Source: Octopus bimaculoides (taxonomy: Eukaryota). From it: a stretch of DNA of 41,501 nucleotides. Positions 11,860-21,012 of this stretch are shown one piece after another; position 1 is the first letter of the stretch; each line of letters begins with the position of its first letter. A model generated the notes under the pieces. The model did no database searches and was not told the origin of the DNA. It was given only the letters and a program-made list of their open reading frames with translations. Location: positions 10,542,528-10,584,028 of the forward strand of contig NC_069006.1 of the NCBI RefSeq assembly GCF_001194135.2, given 5' to 3'. Both the position numbers and the translations under genes were made by a program.

Positions 11860-12110
11860 ATGGGATTCAGAGAATCAAATAGAACCCACAGTAAGCACTC
11901 ATGCCAAGAACTGGCTCTCAGCTCACAATCACAGAATCAGGTGGTATTAGAGGTGAATACAAATTTATTATTTCCATAAGATCTCCATATGATTACAGCT
12001 GTTTCATAATCTTTTCCATGTAGTATTATTAATTTGGACTCACATATATGGTTGTATATTCATATAGAGATGTATTATAGAGAGATCTGATTTCCCGTAT
12101 ACCAGAACGG
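11860..12110 (-). mobile_element. Probable Penelope-like pseudo-LTR fragment (HHR 3' half only)
   Basis: Minus strand GAAA-CAGCTG-TA-ATC at ~11990-12006; no intact CUGANGA seen. Confidence 0.35.
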
Positions 12111-12131
12111 CTTGTGTATGTGTGTGTGTGT

Positions 12132-12173
<42 letters not shown>

Positions 12174-12912
12174 ATAACTTTTGGGGAATGTCAACAATAT
12201 ACATAAATATATAAATATATATAGCGTTTTGGGAAGGTCAACAATATATATATATATATNNNNNNNNNNNNNNNNNNNNNNNNNNNNNNNNNNNNNNNNN
12301 NNNNNNNNNNNNNNNNNNNNNNNNNNNNNNNNNNNNNNNNNNNNNNNNNNNNNNNNNNNNNNNNNNNNNNNNNNNNNNNNNNNNNNNNNNNNNNNNNNNN
12401 NNNNNNNNNNNNNNNNNNNNNNNNNNNNNNNNNNNNNNNNNNNNNNNNNNNNNNNNNNNNNNNNNNNNNNNNNNNNNNNNNNNNNNNNNNNNNNNNNNNN
12501 NNNNNNNNNNNNNNNNNNNNNNNNNNNNNNNNNNNNNNNNNNNNNNNNNNNNNNNNNNNNNNNNNNNNNNNNNNNNNNNNNNNNNNNNNNNNNNNNNNNN
12601 NNNNTATATATATATAATGTTTATGCATGTCAATAATATGCATATATATATATAGCTTTTTTAAGAATGTCAACAATATACATACATATGTATATAGCTG
12701 ATGGTGGTGTATCTCTGCCATTTTAACACTATGTATATATTTTAGATCCCCAACACCTGCCGAATCTTCACAAACCTCAAATGGGGTCCACAACGGGGTA
12801 ATATCACTTACACATCTGTGACACTGCTGCTGCTACGCATACTAAGATATATAACCTATATCGGTACCGATAGAAACAGGGCTAATTTAGCTGTTTTGCT
12901 GTTGGCTGAAAA

Positions 12913-13055
12913 AAATTGAACCCAGGACTTATTCTTTGTAAGCCTAACACTTATTCTACTGATCTTTTTTGCTGAACTAAGTTATGGGGACATACGTACA
13001 CCAACATCGTTTGTCAAGCAATGGTGGGAGAACAAACACAGACACAAACACACAC
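12913..13055 (-). mobile_element. SINE type A, 3' half
   Basis: CCAGGACTTATTCTTTGTAAGCCTA...TTGTCAAGCAATGGTGGG. Confidence 0.8.
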
Positions 13056-13075
13056 TCGTAAATATACATCCATAC

Positions 13076-13482
13076 CAGGGAAGTGCCACCTGGGTTGGCA
13101 AGGTAGGCAGTACCTACTTTGAATAAAATAGATCAGTAGCAACATTTTCCTTTTATGGCAAAATATGCACCTAATTCAATAAAATTATGAAGGTTACACT
13201 GGTTATTCTGCATAAAATGCAAACCATTTTATGTTTTTGAAGATTACGTAGATATAATTCACCCCTGCTTTTCAATCTCAGTATCTAAGCTATACATAGT
13301 AATGCTGTAGTACACATGCTGCGTACACTCCTACAACACCGATTTTTTTACTTACTATAAAGGCAAAAGTAAATCTGCCTTCAACTCAGTCGTGCACTGG
13401 TATTTTGCTTATTTTTTGTGCATTTTGCTATATAAAGGTCACCAACTGCCTACCCTGAGTAATTACTGATGGCATGTGCCTG
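13076..13482. mobile_element. hAT-like MITE
   Basis: Imperfect TIRs CAGG..GCCA....GGTAGGCAGT / ACTGCCTACC....TGGC..CCTG; 8-bp target duplication ATCCATAC (13068-13075) / ATGCATAC (13483-13490) with one mismatch. Confidence 0.7.
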
Positions 13483-13490
13483 ATGCATAC

Positions 13491-13529
13491 ATGGAATTTT
13501 GTCAGTGAACAGGTCATGGTCTCAAAGCG
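13491..13529 (+). mobile_element. Fragment of the variant-core HHR repeat family (truncated by gap)
   Basis: 28/39 identity by eye to the reverse complement of ~30587-30625; GTCA-GTGAACA-G-GTCAT-GGTCTCAAA-GCG. Confidence 0.6.
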
Positions 13530-13679
13530 NNNNNNNNNNNNNNNNNNNNNNNNNNNNNNNNNNNNNNNNNNNNNNNNNNNNNNNNNNNNNNNNNNNNNNN
13601 NNNNNNNNNNNNNNNNNNNNNNNNNNNNNTATATATATATATATACACACATATATATATATACACATATATATATATG

Positions 13680-14030
13680 AATAGAAATCCAAAATCAGGG
13701 AATGGAGAAGATAAAATGCAGGCTACATATGTTTCCTAGCTAGTAGAACCTCAGAAATAGTAATTATCCAAACGAGGGGTAATCCACTAGTTCCTCATCA
13801 GGCCAAAGATACCTTAATCAAAAGAACTTTTGGATTTCCGTTTACATACGCAGCAACCCCTGTTGCTAACCGTAAGCTATAAAACAATTTTTTCAGTTTA
13901 TCGAATTTCAATACAGGAAAAATTTATAACCTTCCGTGTTAATAAACTACTATTGTTCCTGGAATTTGCTTTTTATACCTTCTACAGACTGCTCGAAGCT
14001 TACTACACCATGATCCTTGGATCATACCTT
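13680..14030 (-). mobile_element. Penelope-like pseudo-LTR
   Basis: Contains the HHR at 13721-13804 and ends in (TA)n; degenerate YD.GS.C.KL-like coding remnant at ~13900-14030. Confidence 0.6.
13721..13804 (-). ncRNA. Type-I hammerhead ribozyme, base of stem II damaged
   Basis: GGC-CTGATGA-GGAA[CTAGTGGA..TCTACTAG]CTAG-GAAA-CATATG-TA-GCC. Confidence 0.7.
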
Positions 14031-14136
14031 TACACACACACATACATATAATTATAAACAAGAAGAATCAACACTATTTACATTATTTACATTACTTACA
14101 TTTGGCGGATATTTTGTCCTAATCTTGTTTGTTGTT

Positions 14137-14183
14137 AACACCATGTTTCGGCTGATTATACCCTCCAGCCTTCATCAGGTGTC
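14137..14183 (-). ncRNA. Minimal hammerhead ribozyme (cleavage site decayed)
   Basis: GACAC-CTGATGA-A-GGCTG..CAGCC-GAAA-CATG-GTGTT. Confidence 0.6.
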
Positions 14184-14228
14184 TTGGGGAAATTTCAAAC
14201 CTGGGTTCTCATTCCTAAGGTATTTTTC

Positions 14229-14287
<59 letters not shown>

Positions 14288-14334
14288 TCGAAAAATATCC
14301 TAGAAATGAGAATTCAGGTTCGAAATTTCCCCAA

Positions 14335-14380
14335 GACACCTGATGAAGGCTGGAGGGTATATCAGCTGAAACATTGTGTT
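14335..14380 (+). ncRNA. Minimal hammerhead ribozyme (probable CpG decay)
   Basis: GACAC-CTGATGA-A-GGCTG..CAGCT-GAAA-CA-TT-GTGTT. Confidence 0.6.
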
Positions 14381-15100
14381 AACAACAAACAAGATGAGGA
14401 CAAATATCTGTCAAATGTAAATAATGTAAATAATTCCTCATCTCTTAAATATAGAACTAGAAGAAAAATCAAATGAGCAAGACTTTTTAATAGATGCAAT
14501 GAGAATTGTTTCATCTGAATTCGATCTCATGAATATTACTATATTATGCAATGATATATGCAATTATTGATTCCTGATGAATCACTGTAATAACAGCTAT
14601 TGAATCAAACTCATCAGAATTATGTATAAAATTCATTTGCAGTAGTAACTTGAATTATCCATAATTTATAGCTATATTGAGTTGGACATGTTTACATGAT
14701 TATATTTGCATAGTACAAGCAGAACAAAACAGAACAAAGCAAGTCACTAGTTTGACTTAGCCAGTCACAAAAAGGGATGAATAGAAAAACAAAAGAAAAC
14801 AAATAGAAAGAATAAAGAAGTAGATTAAAAAAAGTGTTTTCATTATCAGGCAGTATAATGAATGATTGACAGTTTGTATCTCAGTGAAAAGATTTTATTG
14901 CTGAGTTCTTCAATAATGTTTTTAATGTCCCTGGGGTATATTTATTGACTCATCTATTTGTAGCTTCTCGTTTACAGTTGTAAAAACTAGACTCTCAACA
15001 TATTCATAGATTTTCAGATACGTGTTTGATAAAACAATATCTGGATTATTGTCTTGTCTGATAGCCAGTATCCATGGATGAGCTTAGTTGGGTAAACTTC

Positions 15101-15134
<34 letters not shown>

Positions 15135-15524
15135 TTTTATATTATTAATAAATTCATAAACTTATCAATAATATACTCAGGAAATCAATATTTAATATTT
15201 CGAAAGACATACATCCAATATGACGCGGCAACATAATAAATTTAAAATTTAAAATATAAATATACGAAATATAAATATCAATATGTATAAAAATCTGAAT
15301 GTAGATAAATATACGTGTGAATATAAATGCGTATAAAAATTTATGCGTAATTAAGCATGAATATTGTAAAGTCTAAAATATAAAATATAAAAGAACCTAA
15401 AATTTAAAGAGTTAAATATCTTACGATCGTTTCGCGGATATTACTATAATCACAAAGTGATCCAAAGATCAGCTTATTATCAGTAATTCTGCAATTACTG
15501 ATAATAAGCTGATCTTTGGATCAC
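15135..15524 (-). mobile_element. Penelope-like pseudo-LTR with perfect 5' snap-back hairpin
   Basis: Minus strand GAAA-CGATCG-TA-AGA at ~15418-15433; perfect 32-bp arms at 15457-15488 and 15493-15524 with loop CTGC. Confidence 0.6.
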
Positions 15525-15805
15525 ACTCATGGGGACACAAGTCTAGGCAAGGTTGTTTATGAAGGCCAGCAGTCACCCATGCCTACCAGCCTCCCCTCTC
15601 TAATGCCACCAATGGTATCCAAGGGAAAGGCAAAGGCCAATACAGCTTGGCACCAGTGATGTTGCGACTCATTTCTACAGCTGATTGAACTGGAGCAATG
15701 TGGAATAAAGTGTCTTGCTCAAGAATACCACACATAGCCCAGTCCAAGAATCAAACTCACTGCCTTATGATTGTGAGCTCAATGCTCTAACTACTGAGCC
15801 ATGTA
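15525..15805 (-). mobile_element. tRNA-derived SINE type C, near full length
   Basis: CATTTCTACAGCTGA...TTGCTCAAGAA...TAACTACTGAGCCATG. Confidence 0.85.
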
Positions 15806-15815
15806 TGTATGTATG

Positions 15816-15857
<42 letters not shown>

Positions 15858-15859
<2 letters not shown>

Positions 15860-16328
15860 AGTGGGTGCTGAAAAGTTTCTGGCCTTTAGGGTACCAAGAA
15901 AGGCCTGATTGGAGGTGCCTTCTGCAAGANNNNNNNNNNCATTTGACTGCGGCCATGCAGGAGCACCACCTTTAGTTGAACAAATCGACCTCAGGACTTA
16001 TTCTTTGTAAGCCTAGTACTTCTATCGGTCTCTTTTTGCCAAACCGCTAAGTGACGGGGACATAAACACATCAACATCGGTTGTCAAGCGATGGTGGCGA
16101 GACAAACACAGACACACAAATACAAACATATATATATGCATGACAGGCTTCTTTCAGTTTCCATCTACTAAATACTTCCAAATTCTTTTACAAGACTTAG
16201 AAAAACTGAAGGACAGCTTCAATAAGTGCCTGAATCTGAGAGGGGAATATGTTGAATAAAATCGTAATTAACTGATCCTCCCGTATTTCCTTTTACCCAA
16301 AGCCAGGAGCTTTTCAACAACCCCCTCG
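15858..16328 (+). mobile_element. Internally deleted mariner element hosting a SINE
   Basis: TIRs TGAGTGGGTGCTGAAAAGTTTCTGGC / GCCAGGAGCTTTTCAACAACCCCCTCG+TA; C-terminal transposase remnant LEKLKDSFNKCLNLRGEYVE* at 16197-16259. Confidence 0.75.
15940..16180 (-). mobile_element. SINE type A nested in mariner relic
   Basis: CATTTGACTGCGGCCATG...GCTTCTTTCAGTTTCCATCTAC. Confidence 0.85.
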
Positions 16329-16370
16329 TATATTTATATATGCATATTTACATATATATGTATGTACGTA

Positions 16371-16430
<60 letters not shown>

Positions 16431-17329
16431 TAGATAGATAGATAGATAGATATACATATACATATATATATACATATACATGTACATATATATATATATA
16501 TANNNNNNNNNNNNNNNNNNNNNNNNNNNNNNNNNNNNNNNNNNNNNNNNNNNNNNNNNNNNNNNNNNNNNNNNNNNNNNNNNNNNNNNNNNNNNNNNNN
16601 NNNNNNNNNNNNNNNNNNNNNNNNNNNNNNNNNNNNNNNNNNNNNNNNNNNNNNNNNNNNNNNNNNNNNNNNNNNNNNNNNNNNNNNNNNNNNNNNNNNN
16701 NNNNNNNNNNNNNNNNNNNNNNNNNNNNNNNNNNNNNNNNNNNNNNNNNNNNNNNNNNNNNNNNNNNNNNNNNNNNNNNNNNNNNNNNNNNNNNNNNNNN
16801 NNNNNNNNNNNNNNNNNNNNNNNNNNNNNNNNNNNNNNNNNNNNNNNNNNNNNNNNNNNNNNNNNNNNNNNNNNNNNNNNNNNNNNNNNNNNNNNNNNNN
16901 NNNNNNNNNNNNNNNNNNNNNNNNNNNNNNNNNNNNNNNNNNNNNNNNNNNNNNNNNNNNNNNNNNNNNNNNNNNNNNNNNNNNNNNNNNNNNNNNNNNN
17001 NNNNNNNNNNNNNNNNNNNNNNNNNNNNNNNNNNNNNNNNNNNNNNNNNNNNNNNNNNNNNNNNNNNNNNNNNNNNNNNNNNNNNNNNNNNNNNNNNNNN
17101 NNNNNNNNNNNNNNNNNNNNNNNNNNNNNNNNNNNNNNNNNNNNNNNNNNNNNNNNNNNNNNNNNNNNNNNNNNNNNNNNNNNNNNNNNNNNNNNNNNNN
17201 NNNNNNNNNNNNNNNNNNNNNNNNNNNNNNNNNNNNNNNNNNNNNNNNNNNNNNNNNNNNNNNNNNNNNNNNNNNNNNNNNNNNNNNNNNNNNNNNNNNN
17301 NNNNNNNNNNNNNNNNNNNNNNNNNNNNN

Positions 17330-17374
<45 letters not shown>

Positions 17375-17384
17375 GAAGGATAGC

Positions 17385-17820
17385 ACCTTATTGCAGTACC
17401 TAGATCTATTTAGATAGATGGCACCACTTTATGGAACCTACATACAGCTAGATGTCCTGTTATATCTATGTCAATTTGCTTCCCACTTAGAGCTTGGCAG
17501 ACTGTACCTCACTGTGATAGTTACAGCTGTACCACAAGACTGTACTTTACTAACGACCAAGAGAACTGCACTTCTCAATGGTGCCTATGGTTAGGTGAAA
17601 TGTACCTTTCTTTGATACTATGGTACCTGCTTACAGCTAAGTAGAGTGTACTTCTCAATGGTACCTATATGCAGTTAAGTGGATCACACTTCGCTGTGGT
17701 GCCAACTTACAACTATGGAGACTGTACCTCAATGTGGTACCTACTCATAGCTATTAGTATTGTATTTTACTGTGGTACCCAGATATAGTGTGTACCTTTG
17801 GTATCTCTTTACAGACGACC
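17385..17820 (+). repeat. Degenerate ~38-bp minisatellite
   Basis: About 9 variants of GACTGTACCTCACTGTGGTACCTACTTACAGCTAAGTG. Confidence 0.6.
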
Positions 17821-18099
17821 CAAGAAGGAAACCTCAACTTGATCTATTGAAACAATAGCCAAATCTCCTTCAAATCACATTCTACCATCTGAAATAAACA
17901 AATGTAGTCCAAGATACACTAATCCAAAAATATGAGGGGAGGAATTAGGGTTTTAATTAAAAACAGAGGGACAGCACGTGTAATATTTCTCGGGTGGGGA
18001 AGGGAAAAGGAAGACCAGACTGGCTGAAGCCTTGCAGTAGGGTGGACATTGCTCAGGCAGCCCCACCCACAAATGGTCAGGGGTGGGTATTAGGCCACA

Positions 18100-18242
18100 T
18101 CATTGTCATCATCATCTTTGTAGTCATTATCATCATCATCACCATCATCGTTATTATTGTCGTCATCATCACCGTCGTCATCATCATCATCATCATCATC
18201 ATCATCTTCGTCGTCGTTATCGTCATCATCATCATCATCAAA
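18100..18242. repeat. (CAT)n trinucleotide repeat
   Basis: Direct read. Confidence 0.9.
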
Positions 18243-18540
18243 GCTCTCTTTAAACTTACCTTTTTTAGATGGATTTGTGTCCGCCATTTTCAACTTAGGA
18301 TCAAATCAAATATCTGAAATCCAAAGAAAAAAAAATTTAATTTTACATTAATTATGAAGTATCTAATTATATCATAAACATCCAATTGCAATATAAACTG
18401 ATCATTTAATGACATTGAGATAAATACAATACAATGCAATAAAAAATAAATAAATAATCAGAACTCAATATATATTTTTTTCACTTTTTTGGTATCAACA
18501 TACCTGAGACCATATATATAATATATAACATTATATATTA

Positions 18541-18989
18541 TACTAGCAGAAATACCCGGCTTTGCCCGGGTTAAAGAGAATAATGAAATCTAAAAACGCC
18601 GTCTAGACTACGCAACCCTCAACTGTTAGTAGCTACGATACCATATTTCTACATTAATAACTCTCCAATCCATGCCAGCATGGAACATAGACATTAAGTG
18701 GAATGCCAGTCTCTCATCTAGGAGGGCCTTGAAATCAATGTTACCAACTGGGGACTATGTGTGTCGTAGTGATAATAAAAAGACCCAAAGGAGGTCTGCA
18801 ACGAAATAATTTTACTCAACACTTTGCAAGTGAATCAGTGGAGGCAAAGATGCGTCTCATTTACTTGACAATTTATGCACCACATTGCAGAAATCACAAT
18901 GTAAGTATATCTGAAAGGGTACCCTAAGTAAGGCATCTGTAAAATTTGAATGAAATTGGTTGCGTAGTTCTCGAGTTTTAGGGATTCAC

Positions 18990-19048
<59 letters not shown>

Positions 19049-19075
19049 CACATTCTCATTTTTATATATATAGAT
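18541..19075 (+). mobile_element. Non-autonomous Helentron/DINE-1/Lep1-like rolling-circle element
   Basis: Starts TACTAGCAGAAATA-CCCGGCTTTGCCCGGG (5' hairpin); subterminal AAATTGGTTGCGTAGTTCTCGAG; (ACAG)n at ~18990-19048; ends TTTTATATATATAGAT. Confidence 0.75.
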
Positions 19076-19154
19076 ATATAATATTATAAATTATATATAT
19101 AATATTATTATATTACAGACACACAAATACATTCATACATATATTATATGTATG

Positions 19155-19295
19155 AGAAGCTTCTTTCAGTTTCCATCTACCAAATCCACTCACAAGGCTT
19201 TGGCTAACCTGAGGTTATAGTAAAAGACACTTGTCCAAAGGTGCCACACAGTGGGACTAAACCTAGAACTATGTGGTTGGTAAGCAAGCTTCTTA
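19155..19295 (-). mobile_element. SINE type A, 5' half
   Basis: CTTCTTTCAGTTTCCATCTACCAAATCCACTCACAAGGCTTTGG...GTGGTTGGTAAGCAAGCTTCTTA. Confidence 0.85.
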
Positions 19296-19299
19296 TGTC

Positions 19300-19538
19300 T
19301 TTATTTTATTTCTTTATTGCCCACAAGGGGCTAAACATAGAGGGGACAAACAAGGACAAACAAAGGGATTAAGTTGATTACACCGACCTCAGTGCATAAC
19401 TGGTACTTAATTTATCGACTCTGAAAGGATGAAAGTCAAAGTTGACCTCGGTGGAATTTGAACTCAGAACGTAACGGCAGACGAAATACTGCTAAGCATT
19501 TCGCCCGGCGTGCTAACGTTTCTGTCAGCTTGCCGCTT
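19300..19538 (-). mobile_element. tRNA-derived SINE type B (OK/Meta-like), full length
   Basis: TTTCTTTATTGCCCACAAGGGG...GGTACTTAATTTATCGAC..GAAAGGATGAAAG...GAATTTGAACTCAGAACG...GCTAACG. Confidence 0.85.
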
Positions 19539-19859
19539 TGAGGTGTGTGAGTTCTAGCCTCCATCCGCCCTTCTACATTATTTTTTTCACCACAAATTCT
19601 GATATAATTGTAATCTACACAATATGAAACGTATACGTTGAACATTTTATGAAAAAGTATCCATTTATTAGAAACAAATTCTTCCAAATTCTTTTACTCT
19701 CCGATTCACCATTTATAAGTATTTGGGGACTGATACTAGCTTTGTTGCTCTGTTTAATTATTTTACTAAATTCTTCGTTATCTTTTAAATTAATTCAAGC
19801 AAAAGCAGTCTATTTCAACAGAAATATGGTAATGCAAGGATTATCTGATTTAGTTTTTA

Positions 19860-20089
19860 TCTTGTTTCAGTCATTGGACCGTGGTCATGCTGGGGCACAA
19901 CCTTGAAGGGTTTTAACCAAACTGATCAATGCCAGTACTTATTTTTTTTAAAGTTTGGCACATTTAATCAGTCTCTTTTGCCAAACCACTAAGTTGCAAT
20001 GACATAAACAAACCAACACTGGTTGTCAAGTGGTAGGGTGGGGAGACAAGTACTGGCACAAAGACACACAAACATGTACACAATCACAG

Positions 20090-20090
<1 letters not shown>
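19860..20090 (-). mobile_element. SINE type A, 3' half (diverged)
   Basis: TTGTTTCAGTCATTGGACCGTGGTCATGCTGG...GGTTGTCAAG. Confidence 0.75.
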
Positions 20091-20120
<30 letters not shown>

Positions 20121-20126
20121 TATATA

Positions 20127-20351
20127 TTGGGTTGGTGCATAATTATTGCGACTTTTTTTCAACAAATTTTATTCAACAAAAACGTCTTTAAATGATGGTC
20201 TGACCGCCTGCCAAGCAAATGGGAAGCAGTAATTGAAGTAGATGGTGAATATGCTCCGGAATAACCATTTAAAGATGTTTTTGTTACATGTTGTTATTGT
20301 TTTTGCTGAATAAAATTTGTTGAAAAAAAGCCACAATAATTATGCACCAAC

Positions 20352-20355
<4 letters not shown>
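20127..20355 (+). mobile_element. Mariner-derived MITE (Hsmar1/MADE1-like TIR)
   Basis: TA-TTGGGTTGGTGCATAATTATTG... / ...CAATAATTATGCACCAACCTAA-TA; ~75-bp inverted arms; retains DRLPSKWEAVIEVDGEYAPE* at 20202-20264. Confidence 0.85.
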
Positions 20356-20387
<32 letters not shown>

Positions 20388-20391
<4 letters not shown>

Positions 20392-20590
20392 CATGCCACA
20401 CATTAGCTTACTCCCTTCATCAAATTGACATTACTTGAACAGGTGCACTGTGTACCACATATCAGATGTTGAAGTGATCACAGAGTAATGTGAGATGAAG
20501 TGTTTAGTTCAAGAACACAACACACTACCCAGTCTAGAAATTGAAACCATGATCATTAGGTCATGAGTGCAACACTAACCATTAAGCCAT
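20388..20590 (-). mobile_element. SINE type C (diverged)
   Basis: GTTCAAGAACACAACAC...GAAATTGAAACC...CTAACCATTAAGCCAT. Confidence 0.7.
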
Positions 20591-20597
20591 TTATATA

Positions 20598-21012
20598 CAA
20601 GGTCCGGTGAATATATTGTCATCTAAATTACGCAAAAATGAAAATAACACTGACAATAAAACTCACTGAGTTTTATTGGTCTCTCACTCAACTGCACCCC
20701 ACACATAATAATCAAGGGGGTTGCAGTCTAGGGAGTTAGGTGGCCAGATGTTAGGGGGTGATGTGGTTGCAGAAATTGTCTCTCAGCCATGACTGGATTC
20801 TCCTGCTTGTGTGGCATGGTGCAGAGTCCTGTTGCCAGACATAGGGTCTTCCAGCAGCCACCCTCTTGACCCAGGGCAGCACTACCTCCTCCAGGAACTT
20901 GATGTAGGCCTCTGTGTTGGGTTTGAGTCTGTGTGAAAAGATGAATGGAGGCATAACCTCGCCATCACTAGTGATCACTCCAAACACCAAGATGTTGACT
21001 GGATGTTTGAGT
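20598..21012 (-). pseudogene. Tc1/mariner transposase 3' relic, DD37D (maT-type)
   Basis: KHPVNILVFGVITSDG...YVWQQDSAPCHTS...ITP/NIWPPNSLDCNPLDYYVWG with a +1 frameshift at ~20754; 37 residues lie between the last two Asp; terminal TA-CAAGGTCCGG at 20596. Confidence 0.85.

Larger units (their letters stand above)
14076..14458. mobile_element. Head-to-head inverted pair of HHR-bearing pseudo-LTRs around (AAT)n
   Basis: Arms 14076-14230 (-) and 14288-14433 (+) are near reverse complements; (AAT)n at 14230-14284. Confidence 0.85.

Noticed and set aside
12746-12797. Possible exon (TTTTAG|...|GTAATA)
   Set aside because: Weak pyrimidine tract and no informative peptide in any frame.
14549-14622. 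Opposed CTGATGA / TCATCAG
   Set aside because: Only a short inverted repeat; no GAAA half on either strand.
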